Made by a program: the position numbers and the translations under genes. The notes under the pieces are model-generated. The model worked only from the letters and a program-made list of their open reading frames with translations. It was not told the DNA's origin and ran no database searches. A DNA stretch of 64,000 bases from Borreliella garinii (GTDB taxonomy: Bacteria; Spirochaetota; Spirochaetia; JABEVK01), in contig DYOB01000001.1 in NCBI GenBank assembly GCA_020720765.1, positions 45,222 through 109,221 of the forward strand. The letters run 5' to 3'. Shown in pieces: positions 53,771-63,506 of this stretch. Each line of letters starts with the position of its first letter. Positions within the stretch are counted from its first letter, which is position 1.

Positions 53771-55554
53771 AAAAACATATCCACACAATGATCACCGCCT
53801 TTCGGGATGGGTTCCAGAGTTGTTACGGTGCCAGGGTTTTAACCGATGATTTTCTGCCTGCGGTGACCGAGGCCGTGAATTCGGGTTTAACCCACTTGGA
53901 GATAGGCGGAGGGGCTCGTTTTCAGAGTCTCTACTTTTATTGCAACGAAGACGCTTTTACCATGATGGACCGTGTCCGAGCCGCTGCGGGTCCCGAGGCA
54001 AACCTTCAAACCCTCAGCAGGGGGATCAATGTCGTCGGTTTGGATAGCCAGCCTAAGGAGATCATCAAGCTCCACGCCGAACTTTTTAAAAAACACGGTG
54101 TGACGACCATCCGTAACTTTGACGCACTCAACGATGTGGACAACCTTCTTTACAGCGCAAAGTGCATCAAGGATGCCGGGTTAAAACATGAAGTTTGTAT
54201 AACAGTGATGGAATTGCCCCCTGGAAACAGTGGGGCCCACAACGAAACTTTTTATACAGCGGTTCTTAAAAAAATCCTGGATTCGGGTCTGTCCTTTGAT
54301 TCTGTCTGTTATAAAGACGCAACAGGAACTTTGACGCCGGCCACTGTCTTTTCAAGCCTTAAAGCCGCCCGGAACCTGCTGGGTGATAAGGTCCGCCTGG
54401 CTTTCCACAACCATGAAACAGCGGGAATCGGTACGCTTTCCTACCGTGCAGCCCTCGATGCAGGTGTAGATCAGATCGACCTGAGTCTCGCCCCTGTCAG
54501 CGGAGGAACCTGCCAGACCGACGTTGTGGTGATGTGGCATGCCTTGAGGGGCACGGATTACGACCTTGGACTGGATATTCAAAAAATCATGAAGCTCGAA
54601 GAGAACTTCAAGGAGAGCATGAAAGGTTATTTTCTGCCGCCTGAAGCGACCAGGGTTGAACCCCTGATCCCTTTTAGTCCGATGCCGGGCGGCGCTCTAA
54701 CTGCAAATACACAGATGCTCAGGGACAACGGCCTTATGGACCGCTACCCCGAGGTTATAGCAGCGATGGAGGAAGTCGTTGCCAAAGGCGGCTACGGCAC
54801 GAGCGTGACGCCGGTCAGCCAGTTTTATTTCCAGCAAGCATTTTCCAACGTGATGCATGGGCCGTGGAAAAAAATCAGCGACGGATACGGCCGTATGGTT
54901 CTCGGTTACTTCGGAAAGACACCTGTTCCACCCGACCCGGCCGTGGTGAAGCTCGCTTCGGAACAATTGAAGCTCCCGCAGACTTCGGAATCTGCTTTGG
55001 AACTCACTGAAAAAGACCCTGAAAAAAGCTTGGATAAGGCCCGTTTGATGTTAAAAAACGCTTTCCTGCCCGAGACCCAGGAAAATCTTTTTATCGCCGC
55101 AACCTGCCTCGAAAAAGGCATCAGTTTTCTTAAAGGCGAGGCAAAGGTGAACGTCAGAAAGAGAATGAAGTCTGACGGGCATTATTCCGTGACCTCGGGC
55201 GGCAAAAGTTTCAAGGTTCTTGTGAAGGAGAATTCAGTTATCGTAGACGGGGAGGAAATCCAGGTTTCCCAAGAAGGTTCAATGTCCGCACCACAAGTGT
55301 CCAGCCACCATCCCGCGGTCCAAAGCGGTGACGGTGAAGGCACTGGAATTACCGCACCGTTACCGGGTCTTGTGATCCGGTTTCTTAAAAAGCCTGGTGA
55401 AAAGATCAATAAAGGAGATATGGTCCTTGTCCTTGAATCCATGAAGGAAGAACACACCATACCATCGGGTTCATCGGGTACGTTAAAATCCTGGCTTGTT
55501 GCCCAGGGCGATCAGGTAAGCGCGGGGCATAAACTCGCCGAGTTGGGGGAATAA
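53767..55554 (+). CDS. oadA: Oxaloacetate decarboxylase alpha subunit (carboxyltransferase + biotin carrier domain)
   Basis: TIM-barrel carboxyltransferase domain (pyruvate carboxylase 5S-like), C-terminal biotinyl domain with lysine in LESMKEE context. Confidence 0.85.
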   Translation: MKKHIHTMITAFRDGFQSCYGARVLTDDFLPAVTEAVNSGLTHLEIGGGARFQSLYFYCNEDAFTMMDRVRAAAGPEANLQTLSRGINVVGLDSQPKEIIKLHAELFKKHGVTTIRNFDALNDVDNLLYSAKCIKDAGLKHEVCITVMELPPGNSGAHNETFYTAVLKKILDSGLSFDSVCYKDATGTLTPATVFSSLKAARNLLGDKVRLAFHNHETAGIGTLSYRAALDAGVDQIDLSLAPVSGGTCQTDVVVMWHALRGTDYDLGLDIQKIMKLEENFKESMKGYFLPPEATRVEPLIPFSPMPGGALTANTQMLRDNGLMDRYPEVIAAMEEVVAKGGYGTSVTPVSQFYFQQAFSNVMHGPWKKISDGYGRMVLGYFGKTPVPPDPAVVKLASEQLKLPQTSESALELTEKDPEKSLDKARLMLKNAFLPETQENLFIAATCLEKGISFLKGEAKVNVRKRMKSDGHYSVTSGGKSFKVLVKENSVIVDGEEIQVSQEGSMSAPQVSSHHPAVQSGDGEGTGITAPLPGLVIRFLKKPGEKINKGDMVLVLESMKEEHTIPSGSSGTLKSWLVAQGDQVSAGHKLAELGE

Positions 55555-56772
55555 ATGGATTTTTTATCGGCACTTTCAGAAATCTGGAAAAGCACGGGCA
55601 TCGTGGGCTTTATTCATGAAGGCGGTTACCTGAACCTTATTATGATAGGTATCAGTCTGCTACTGATTTACCTTGCAGTCGCAAAAAACTTCGAACCTCT
55701 CCTCCTCCTACCTATAGGTTTCGGGGGGATCCTCGCCAACCTGCCCTTAACGGGTATTCTCACCCATACTATCAGCATGATCGACCCCAGCGGGACGGCG
55801 CCGTGGGCAGTGAGCGTTCTCGAATACGGCGGTTTTCTCGGACAGATCTACGACTTCGGCCTTCAGAGCGGGCTCTTTCCCATCATGATCTTTATGGGGG
55901 TCGGTGCCATGACCGACTTCGGGCCGTTGATCGCCAACCCCATCACCGCACTCCTCGGTGGAGCCGCCCAGATAGGAATCTTTGGAGCGCTTACCGGTGC
56001 CCTTGCCCTGACTATGACAGGGTTGTTCCAATTCGATCTTCGGGACGCCGCCAGCATCGGAATCATCGGGGGTGCGGACGGACCTACGGCCATCTACCTC
56101 ACCACCCGGCTTTCTAAGGATCTCCTTGGTGCCGTGGCGGTCGCAGCTTACAGTTATATGGCTTTGGTACCCATCATCCAGCCCCCCATTATGAGGGCCT
56201 TGACGACGAAAAAAGAACGCGCAATCAAGATGGATCAATTGAGAACCGTGAGCAAGACCGAAAAGGTACTATTCCCTATCCTGGTCCTGATCCTGACGGG
56301 TCTTTTTCTCCCGAGCGCTGTTCCTTTGATCGGTGCTCTTATGTTTGGAAACCTTGCCCGCGAGACAGGTGTTGTTCAAAGGCTTTCCGAAACCATGCAG
56401 AACTCCCTGATCAACATTGTAACGATATTTCTCGGGCTCTCTGTGGGCTCCAAACTCCAGGCCGAGGTGTTTCTGAGGCCGGAAACCTTAGCCATCCTTG
56501 TTTTGGGACTCTTTGCCTTTTCCATGGGTACAGCAGGTGGGGTTCTGATGGCAAAACTCATGAACCTTTTTCTGAAAAAGAAAATCAATCCTCTGATCGG
56601 GGCGGCCGGTGTTTCAGCGGTTCCCATGGCTGCTCGTGTTGTGAACAAGGTGGGGTTGGAGACCGACCCCCAGAATTACCTTCTCATGCACGCTATGGGT
56701 CCCAATGTTTCGGGGGTTATTGGAAGCGCTGTGGCAGCCGGCCTGATGCTTTCGATTGTTCCTTTGATGTAA
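55555..56772 (+). CDS. oadB: Oxaloacetate decarboxylase beta subunit (Na+ pump)
   Basis: Polytopic membrane protein with OadB-family conserved helices; follows oadA by 0 nt. Confidence 0.85.
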   Translation: MDFLSALSEIWKSTGIVGFIHEGGYLNLIMIGISLLLIYLAVAKNFEPLLLLPIGFGGILANLPLTGILTHTISMIDPSGTAPWAVSVLEYGGFLGQIYDFGLQSGLFPIMIFMGVGAMTDFGPLIANPITALLGGAAQIGIFGALTGALALTMTGLFQFDLRDAASIGIIGGADGPTAIYLTTRLSKDLLGAVAVAAYSYMALVPIIQPPIMRALTTKKERAIKMDQLRTVSKTEKVLFPILVLILTGLFLPSAVPLIGALMFGNLARETGVVQRLSETMQNSLINIVTIFLGLSVGSKLQAEVFLRPETLAILVLGLFAFSMGTAGGVLMAKLMNLFLKKKINPLIGAAGVSAVPMAARVVNKVGLETDPQNYLLMHAMGPNVSGVIGSAVAAGLMLSIVPLM

Positions 56773-56836
56773 GGATAAACTTGACCTGAAACTCTTGGAG
56801 CATTAGACTTAACGTAACTTTAGATAAGGAGCATGT

Positions 56837-57913
56837 ATGGGTATTTTTGAAAAACTTAAACCAGGGGTTATTTACGGCAAGGATCTTGCCACCCTTTTCC
56901 AAATATGTAAGGACCAGGATTTTGCCTTACCCGCTGTCAACTGCGTGAATACCGAAAGTGTGAATGCAGCTATGGAAGTTGCCAAGGCTGTCAACAGTCC
57001 TATCATCATCCAGTTTTCCAACGGCGGAGCCCAATTTTACGCTGGAAAAGGTTTGAAGCTCGAGGGGCAGGAAGCTGCAATTCTCGGTGGAGTCAGCGCT
57101 GCCAAGCACGTTCACCTCCTCGCTGAGAAATACGGTGTGGCAGTCGTCCTTCACACCGACCATTGTGCCAAGAAACTCCTTCCTTGGGTGGACGGACTTC
57201 TCGACCACGGAGAGAAGTTTTATAAGGAAACAGGAAGACCCCTTTTCTCCAGCCACATGCTGGACCTGAGCGAGGAACCCATCGCAGAGAACATTGAAAT
57301 CAGCAAAAAATACCTTGAGAGGATGACCAAACTCGAAATGTTCCTTGAAATCGAACTTGGAGTGACTGGTGGTGAAGAGGATGGTGTTGATAATTCCGGC
57401 ACACCCGAAGAAGACCTTTATTCCAAACCCGAAGAGATTGATTTTGCCTACACGGAACTTCTCAAGGTCAGCCCCAATTTTACCATTGCCGCAGCTTTCG
57501 GAAACGTCCACGGTGTTTACAAACCCGGAAACGTTAAATTGACACCCAAGATTTTGGACAAGAGCCAGAAGTATGTTGTTGAAAAACACAAGACAGCAAG
57601 CCACGAACCCGTCACATACGTTTTTCACGGAGGATCAGGTTCTACCCGTGCTGAAATCCGCGAGGCCATCAGCTACGGTGTGGTGAAGATGAACATCGAT
57701 ACCGACACTCAGTGGGCAACTTGGGAAGGTATCCTGAACTACTACAAGCAGAACGAAGGTTACCTCCAGGGACAATTGGGCAACCCCACGGGTCCAGATG
57801 CCCCCAACAAAAAATTCTATGATCCGAGGGTCTGGTTGAGAAAGGCCCAGGAAACCATGATAGCCAGGCTTAAACTGGCCTATGAGGACCTGGATTCGCT
57901 TAACAGAAACTAA
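56837..57913 (+). CDS. fba: Fructose-bisphosphate aldolase class II
   Basis: Class II FBA motifs (PVILQFSNGG-like PIIIQFSNGG, HTDHC, GVTGGEEDG). Confidence 0.9.
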   Translation: MGIFEKLKPGVIYGKDLATLFQICKDQDFALPAVNCVNTESVNAAMEVAKAVNSPIIIQFSNGGAQFYAGKGLKLEGQEAAILGGVSAAKHVHLLAEKYGVAVVLHTDHCAKKLLPWVDGLLDHGEKFYKETGRPLFSSHMLDLSEEPIAENIEISKKYLERMTKLEMFLEIELGVTGGEEDGVDNSGTPEEDLYSKPEEIDFAYTELLKVSPNFTIAAAFGNVHGVYKPGNVKLTPKILDKSQKYVVEKHKTASHEPVTYVFHGGSGSTRAEIREAISYGVVKMNIDTDTQWATWEGILNYYKQNEGYLQGQLGNPTGPDAPNKKFYDPRVWLRKAQETMIARLKLAYEDLDSLNRN

Positions 57914-57932
57914 GATTCTTCGGGACTTAACA

Positions 57933-57958
57933 AACCGGCCTGGTGGCCGGTTTTTTTA
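57933..57958. terminator. Bidirectional rho-independent terminator between convergent fba and NifX-like gene
   Basis: AACCGGCC-tggt-GGCCGGTT 8-bp stem followed by TTTTTTT; A-run on the other side. Confidence 0.8.
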
Positions 57959-58360
57959 TTGATGTTCGTGTCTAAGTCCTGAATTTCCAGGACCATGGTG
58001 CGCATCGTGTTCCTCACAGGCACCGCTGGCAATCTCCTTGAGCTTCCCTTCCTCAAAAAGCAAGGCGGTCTGGGCCAAGGTTCCAGAACGAGGCGCTTGG
58101 TAGACTTTTATTCCCTTCACCTTGAGATTTGCTACAGCTCCGGCGCCTATTCCTCCGGTGATCACAACCTCTGCCCCGGTAATCTCGAGCGCTTCAGCCG
58201 GTTTGCAGTGGCCGTGCGGGTGTGATTGGTGGGTGTTGGCCACAACCGTCCAAAGCCTGCTTTCTGTATCGAACACCCCAAAAAACGGCGCCGAGCCGAA
58301 ATGCATGTAAACCTGTTCTTGCGGTCCGGAACCTTCGCCCATTGGCAAAGCAATCTTCAT
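57956..58360 (-). CDS. NifB/NifX-family (dinitrogenase FeMo-cofactor-binding-like) domain protein with His-rich C-terminus
   Basis: MKIALP...HFGSAPFF...VVITGGIGAGA pattern typical of Nitro_FeMo-Co domain; C-terminal EEHDAHHGPGNSGLRHEHQ. Confidence 0.7.
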   Translation of the reverse strand: MKIALPMGEGSGPQEQVYMHFGSAPFFGVFDTESRLWTVVANTHQSHPHGHCKPAEALEITGAEVVITGGIGAGAVANLKVKGIKVYQAPRSGTLAQTALLFEEGKLKEIASGACEEHDAHHGPGNSGLRHEHQ

Positions 58361-58656
58361 AAATTCTCCTTGTGAGTTATGCTCACTTCCATGGATATCG
58401 CGAACCCTCCAAGAAGGGCACGTGCCGTTTTCTTTCTAGCTGACTCAATAATATTTGCAAAAGTGGCTCGGGAAATTCCCATCAGCCCTGCCGCTTCAAC
58501 CTGGTACAGCCCATCGAGATCCGCGAGTCTAAGCGCCTCTATCTCATCCGTTTTAAGCGAAATGACCTCCAGATCCATCATCGGGATGCCCTGGGGTTTA
58601 AAAAACCTGGAGCGCGGGTTCGCTTGGATACATCTCTGTTTCCTCGGCCGGGACAT
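58357..58656 (-). CDS. DUF134/UPF0251-family small DNA-binding protein
   Basis: MSRPRKQR...FKPQG...EIEALRLADLDGLYQVEAAGLMGISRATFANIIESARKKTA matches the DUF134 consensus (sigma-70 region-4-like HTH); ATGA overlap with downstream NifX-like gene. Confidence 0.7.
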   Translation of the reverse strand: MSRPRKQRCIQANPRSRFFKPQGIPMMDLEVISLKTDEIEALRLADLDGLYQVEAAGLMGISRATFANIIESARKKTARALLGGFAISMEVSITHKENL

Positions 58657-58673
58657 GTTTCTTTATAGTCCAA

Positions 58674-58693
58674 TTATTGACATATGTCAATAA
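58674..58693. promoter_or_regulatory. 20-bp perfect palindrome TTATTGACATATGTCAATAA in divergent DUF134/mnmG intergenic region
   Basis: Exact inverted repeat; contains TTGACA on both strands; followed by second IR GTCGAgttcTCGAC and T-run. Confidence 0.5.
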
Positions 58694-58742
58694 CTCGGGT
58701 CGAGTTCTCGACATTTTTTCGAATTTATAGTAATTCTAAGGT

Positions 58743-60605
58743 ATGGATTTTCAAGCTCTCGTTGTGGGTGGTGGTCACGCAGGCATAGAAGCGGCCTTGG
58801 TGCTCTCAAGGCTGGGTTTTTCAACCCTCATGATCACTCAGAATTTGGACAGCATCGGTCGAATGAGCTGTAACCCGGCGGTAGGCGGTTTGGCGAAAGG
58901 CAACATGGTACGCGAGATCGACGCGCTGGGCGGGGAGATGGGCCGCTTGATTGATGCGACCATGATCCAATTCAGAATTCTCAACAAAAGCCGCGGGCCG
59001 GCTGTCCAGGCGCCAAGAGCCCAGGCTGATAAGGTTGCGTATCAAATAAAAGCTAAACAAACCCTGGAGGACCAGAAAAATCTCACCTTATTTATGGATA
59101 CCGTTGTAGAAATTCTTCTCGATGGTTCGGGAAAGAAAGCCATTGGCGTTCGCACACTGAGGGGGCGGGAATTCATGGCGCGTGTGGTGGTTCTTACAAC
59201 GGGAACTTTCCTGGCCGGCAAGCTGTTTATCGGTGAAACAATTCTCGATGGCGGCCGTCTGGGTGAACCCGGGGCGTACGGTCTTGATAAACAACTCAGG
59301 AATCTGGGGTTTACTGTTGGTAGGATGAAAACTGGGACTCCCGCGCGTGTCCATAGGGATTCGTTGGATTTTTCCAGGATGGAAGAGCAGTTCGGTGACG
59401 AGGATATCGTACCTTTTTCGTTCAGCGGCGGCCCCGTCGAAAGACCGCAGCTTTCGTGCTACATCACGTGGACCAATGAAAAGACGCACAAGATCCTGCG
59501 TACCAATATGCACCGTTCACCCTTGTTTTCGGGGCAAATCGTCGGCCTTGGACCAAGGTATTGTCCCAGTATCGAGGATAAGGTTAAAAAATTTGCAGAG
59601 CGGGAGCGGCATCAGGTGTTTGTGGAACCCGAAGGCGCAGGTACAAAGGAAATGTATCTCAACGGGATCAGTTCCAGCATGCCCGAAGACGTCCAAGAGG
59701 CGATGATCCATTCCATACCCGGTCTTGAGAAAGCCGTGATCATGAGGCCGGGCTACGCTGTGGAATACGACTATCTGGACCCATCCCAGCTCTTCCCCAG
59801 TCTGGAGACAAAACGCATCGAGGGACTTTTCACGGCAGGTCAAACAAATGGTACGAGTGGATACGAAGAAGCAGCGGCGCAAGGACTTATGGCGGGCATC
59901 AATGCGGCCAGGAAACTCCAAAAAAAGGAACCCGTGATCCTCTCAAGGAGCGAGGCCTACGTCGGGGTTCTTATCGACGACTTGGTGACTTTAGGGACAG
60001 AAGAACCTTACCGGATGTTTACAAGCAGGGCCGAACACAGGCTCAACCTTCGCCACGACAGTTCGGACCAGCGGCTTTATGCGAAGGGTTACGAGATCGG
60101 ATTGCACTCCGGGAAAACCTGGGAGCTCTTTCAGGAAAAACTCCGGAAGATCGACGAAGTAAAAGAAATCCTTTCCAAAAGGCGTTTGAAAACTCCCGAG
60201 GCCCAATTCAACCCTATCCTTGTCAAGCATATTGGATCTACTTTTCAAACCCTTCTCAAGGACCCCGAGGTTAAGGTGGAAGATATCCTTCTCTGTGAAC
60301 CCCTTCTTGAAAATATTCCGATGGATTGGTTAAAGCACCTTGAGCTTGATATTAAATACGAGGGTTATATTCAGAAACAGGATAGGCAAGTAGAAAAATT
60401 TGAACGCCTTGAGGATATGAGTATTCCCCGTGATTTCGATTACCAGGCACTGGCGGGTCTATCCAGGGAAGCCAGGGAAAAGTTCTCGAAGATTCAACCC
60501 CTCTCGGTTGGTCAGGCTTCCCGTATCAGCGGCGTACGTTCAAGCGATATAGCACTCCTTATGACCGCTGCGGTCCGGTTTCAAAAAAACAGTGAACCAG
60601 CCTGA
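58743..60605 (+). CDS. mnmG: tRNA uridine-5-carboxymethylaminomethyl modification enzyme MnmG (GidA)
   Basis: FAD-binding [12 protein letters not shown], conserved MnmG core and C-terminal helical domain. Confidence 0.95.
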   Translation: MDFQALVVGGGHAGIEAALVLSRLGFSTLMITQNLDSIGRMSCNPAVGGLAKGNMVREIDALGGEMGRLIDATMIQFRILNKSRGPAVQAPRAQADKVAYQIKAKQTLEDQKNLTLFMDTVVEILLDGSGKKAIGVRTLRGREFMARVVVLTTGTFLAGKLFIGETILDGGRLGEPGAYGLDKQLRNLGFTVGRMKTGTPARVHRDSLDFSRMEEQFGDEDIVPFSFSGGPVERPQLSCYITWTNEKTHKILRTNMHRSPLFSGQIVGLGPRYCPSIEDKVKKFAERERHQVFVEPEGAGTKEMYLNGISSSMPEDVQEAMIHSIPGLEKAVIMRPGYAVEYDYLDPSQLFPSLETKRIEGLFTAGQTNGTSGYEEAAAQGLMAGINAARKLQKKEPVILSRSEAYVGVLIDDLVTLGTEEPYRMFTSRAEHRLNLRHDSSDQRLYAKGYEIGLHSGKTWELFQEKLRKIDEVKEILSKRRLKTPEAQFNPILVKHIGSTFQTLLKDPEVKVEDILLCEPLLENIPMDWLKHLELDIKYEGYIQKQDRQVEKFERLEDMSIPRDFDYQALAGLSREAREKFSKIQPLSVGQASRISGVRSSDIALLMTAAVRFQKNSEPA

Positions 60606-61239
60606 TCCTGAAGGTTTACTCTTTGACGGTCTAAAAAATTTGGGGATCGATCCCTCCTTTGTACCGGGATTTTTCCTTTATTGGCGGGAACTCGTCAAAC
60701 ACAACACCCGTTACGGCCTGGTAAGTGCTACCGATGAGGAATTGATTTCGCGGCATATCATAGACTCGCTCGGTCCGTGGAAAACTCTTCTGGAGGGAAG
60801 TCCTCAAACGGTGGTCGACCTTGGGAGCGGGGGAGGGTTGCCGGGTATTCCTCTCAGTCTGCTCTTAAGAAATCTTTTACCTAACTCGAAAATGATTCTC
60901 GCTGAAAGGATGGACAAGCGAGCGGTATTCCTCGAAGGAACCCGTGCCAGGTTAGGATTAGGCCAAGTGGAAATCTTTTCATCTTCGATAGAAAAATTAA
61001 CTGTTTCGAAAGCCGATCTCCTCGTCAGCAGGGCTTTTATGCCCATGGGTGAAGAACTTGTCCAATTGTGTTCACCTCTTCTGAGAGATGGTGGGCGTCT
61101 CGCTGTCTACGTAGGAAAAAAGGAGGAAGCCCTATCCTTACTCTCCGGGGACCTGAAAAGTCAGGTCGAATGGTTTAAATATTCCTTACCGGGTCTTTCT
61201 CATGAAAGGTGGCTAGCCGTGTGGGTAAAAAAGTCTTAA
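60592..61239 (+). CDS. rsmG: 16S rRNA m7G527 methyltransferase RsmG (GidB)
   Basis: SAM-binding [13 protein letters not shown] motif; overlaps mnmG end. Confidence 0.9.
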   Translation: MNQPDPEGLLFDGLKNLGIDPSFVPGFFLYWRELVKHNTRYGLVSATDEELISRHIIDSLGPWKTLLEGSPQTVVDLGSGGGLPGIPLSLLLRNLLPNSKMILAERMDKRAVFLEGTRARLGLGQVEIFSSSIEKLTVSKADLLVSRAFMPMGEELVQLCSPLLRDGGRLAVYVGKKEEALSLLSGDLKSQVEWFKYSLPGLSHERWLAVWVKKS

Positions 61240-61691
61240 AACCTGCCACTTAAAAAGGTATTCGATCAAAGCGTGCGGGATGGTAAGATGGTAAAGCTCT
61301 ATTATTTCTAAACCTGTTTGATCCCCAAATTCACCCTAAATTCATTTTACTTCTAGTTTTTCAACCACAGGCCTCACTACGTTCGGCTTCACAGGCGGTC
61401 TACGACCGCTGCAAGGCCCCTAGCATACCTGTTTCCCTCGAAAGGTGCGCCTTGCTTTTTAGTGGGGTGTGAGAGGTTCCAAAATCACCAATATTAAAAT
61501 ATCTCCACCCATTTATATCTCGTAAGTAACCCCACTTGTCGCAGGTTTGAAACAATGGTGCTACTGGTCTGTGTGTGGAGCATTGAAACATAATGTACCT
61601 CTTACTCGTGTTGCTATAATCATTATCAATACAATCAAAATGAAAGACGGAACTAACAACATCCATAGATACATAAAATATTCACCTCTGC

Positions 61692-62435
61692 TTACTCTTT
61701 TAGGGTCCTGAATTCTTCAAGAAGTAACAATGGATCATCTGTGTAGCCAGCCGGTTTAATACGCAATGCTTCGATAAAACGAGCCCAATAATTAACTTTA
61801 GCTGAAAGAGCCGCTATTGCTACTATTTCCTCATGAGAAAAGAGACTGCGAATATCTGACAAAAGATTCGTATCAAAACTAACAGGGGTTTGTGTTATAG
61901 CAACTGCATATTTGAGTGCGGCTTTTTCTTCTTGTGTAAATGATGACACACTCTCAATTGGGGTTATTCCCTGCATTGCCCGTAATTCATCCTCGTTTAT
62001 TAAGTTTTCTTTATATTTCGCAGAGTTTACGTCAATGGCAAAAGGGCACGAAACGGTATATGAGACTTGCATACGTAAGAGAGTTACCAACCGCGGATCA
62101 AGAATTTTAGCAACACCCTTTTCGATATAAAGCTCAAGAGCTCCAGAGGCAATCCCAAGATCCTCGGACCAAGTAAGTATGCGTCCAGGTAATAACTCAA
62201 CCCCAAACTCTTTTTCTGCAAAACACAATAAAAATCCAGAAAATGCGGGAATTTCAGAAGGTGGGCTAATAAAACTCCTTGCCTGAGTATCTATATCTGC
62301 CGTCCAATCTGTTCCACCACCAGGAATAGGTTCATATTCATTCGCCGTTTTATGTGGTTTTATACTATTACAAGAAAAGATACTAAAAAATGTCAATAAT
62401 ATAGCTACAATCCTGAAAATAACGCTATTATTCAT
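61692..62435 (-). CDS. Secreted/lipoprotein carboxymuconolactone-decarboxylase (AhpD-like) family protein
   Basis: N-terminal signal peptide MNNSVIFRIVAILLTFFSIFSC; C-terminal CMD-domain-like region; about 30% GC codon usage. Confidence 0.5.
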   Translation of the reverse strand: MNNSVIFRIVAILLTFFSIFSCNSIKPHKTANEYEPIPGGGTDWTADIDTQARSFISPPSEIPAFSGFLLCFAEKEFGVELLPGRILTWSEDLGIASGALELYIEKGVAKILDPRLVTLLRMQVSYTVSCPFAIDVNSAKYKENLINEDELRAMQGITPIESVSSFTQEEKAALKYAVAITQTPVSFDTNLLSDIRSLFSHEEIVAIAALSAKVNYWARFIEALRIKPAGYTDDPLLLLEEFRTLKE

Positions 62436-62680
62436 CTTGGTTTCTTTTTCATAGCAACAATAATTTTAGGTATAATGAAAAGCAGGACACCAGTTATCAT
62501 TAGGAACAACATGATTAATGATTGTCCCATAAAAACAAATTTTATTGATGATTCTACTTCTGGCGCTATTATTCTAATAATAATGATTGCCGGTATAAGA
62601 ATTATTGTTGGGTATGCTAAGAATCTATGAGCCTTCCGTGCAAATGTATACCACCATTTAAAGTTCATTCTTTCCTCCAA
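62432..62680 (-). CDS. Small 2-TM membrane protein (82 aa), hypothetical
   Basis: Two hydrophobic helices; ATGA-type overlaps with both neighbours suggest co-translation in marR operon. Confidence 0.45.
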   Translation of the reverse strand: MEERMNFKWWYTFARKAHRFLAYPTIILIPAIIIIRIIAPEVESSIKFVFMGQSLIMLFLMITGVLLFIIPKIIVAMKKKPR

Positions 62681-63096
62681 TAGTTGAGAATCTTTAGCAT
62701 GCTTCGGCCAATGTGTTCGATTTCATCTTTATTTAAAACTGAAAATATTTTTTCAATTTTTTGTGAACGGTATTCATTAATTGACTTAATCATTTGGACA
62801 CCTTCGTCTGTTAGGTATAAATGCATTCGCCTGAAGTCATTTTTTTCTTTTTCTCGACGAATAATACCCTTCTCAGCCATATCTTTTACAATCAAACTGA
62901 CAGTTGGTTTAGCTAGCCCAGTATTCTTTGATATTTCTAATACTCCAACACCATTCTCATGGTCCACAAAACGTAATACTTGGAAGGTCCCAGGCGAAAT
63001 ATTAATAGAATGTCCGGCTACATCAAGTAGCCCAGCCTTATGCATCAAATCAATAACTGAAATAAATAAACCTGTTGAGTCTTCAAGACGATCCAT
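62665..63096 (-). CDS. MarR-family transcriptional regulator
   Basis: Winged-HTH MarR pattern (GTFQVLRFVDHENGVGVLEISKNTGLAKPTVSLIVKDMAEKGIIRREK...DFRRMHLYLTDEG); AAAGGAG RBS. Confidence 0.75.
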   Translation of the reverse strand: MDRLEDSTGLFISVIDLMHKAGLLDVAGHSINISPGTFQVLRFVDHENGVGVLEISKNTGLAKPTVSLIVKDMAEKGIIRREKEKNDFRRMHLYLTDEGVQMIKSINEYRSQKIEKIFSVLNKDEIEHIGRSMLKILNYWRKE

Positions 63097-63135
63097 AGTT
63101 GAAATCCAAACTCCTTTTGTTTGTCTTATAAACTA

Positions 63136-63164
63136 ACTATATCATATAATTTCATGACAGTCAA
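63136..63164 (-). promoter_or_regulatory. Sigma70-like promoter for marR operon (TTGACT-17-TATAGT) overlapped by palindrome TATATgATATA
   Basis: Minus-strand TTGACT at about 63159-63164, 17-nt spacer, TATAGT at about 63136-63141, about 35 nt upstream of marR ATG; 11-bp IR at about 63138-63148 overlaps the -10. Confidence 0.5.
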
Positions 63165-63235
63165 GACTTTTAAATAAAAATTAAGAAAATTGGCATTTCT
63201 CTTTTTAAGGGACGGATTCTGGGGAAAATTCAAGG

Positions 63236-63427
63236 TTATATACCCCCGGCACCGCCTTCAAAGGCAATGTCGATATCGAAGTCCAGGATCGATTGTTTAC
63301 CGTTCGCGACTGAGCCGAAGAGCCAAAACCGCTTGACGCCAGGTTCACACAGAAGAGTTTCTGCGAGCCGGGAAGCCACTTGCCTAGCCCGGGTCAATTT
63401 TTGAGCGATGATTTCTTTTTCTGCCAA
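63236..63427 (-). pseudogene. Truncated minimal nucleotidyltransferase (MNT antitoxin-like) gene fragment, 63 aa
   Basis: N-terminal MNT motif KRFWLFGSVANGKQSILDFDIDIAF present but ORF stops about 6 aa later, about 40 aa short of typical MNT; stop coincides with start of AT-rich insert. Confidence 0.5.
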
Positions 63428-63506
63428 GTTTTGTTACCGCAAAGAATCGCTATAGCGGCTTGGATTAAAATCGCTCATAGCTGGTTTGAAATGGCGAACA
63501 ATTTGC

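Noticed and set aside
61400-61666. 88-aa minus-strand ORF in the rsmG-downstream gap as a protein gene
   Set aside because: Low-complexity composition, no RBS, and it overlaps the hairpin-rich putative RNA region. More likely non-coding.
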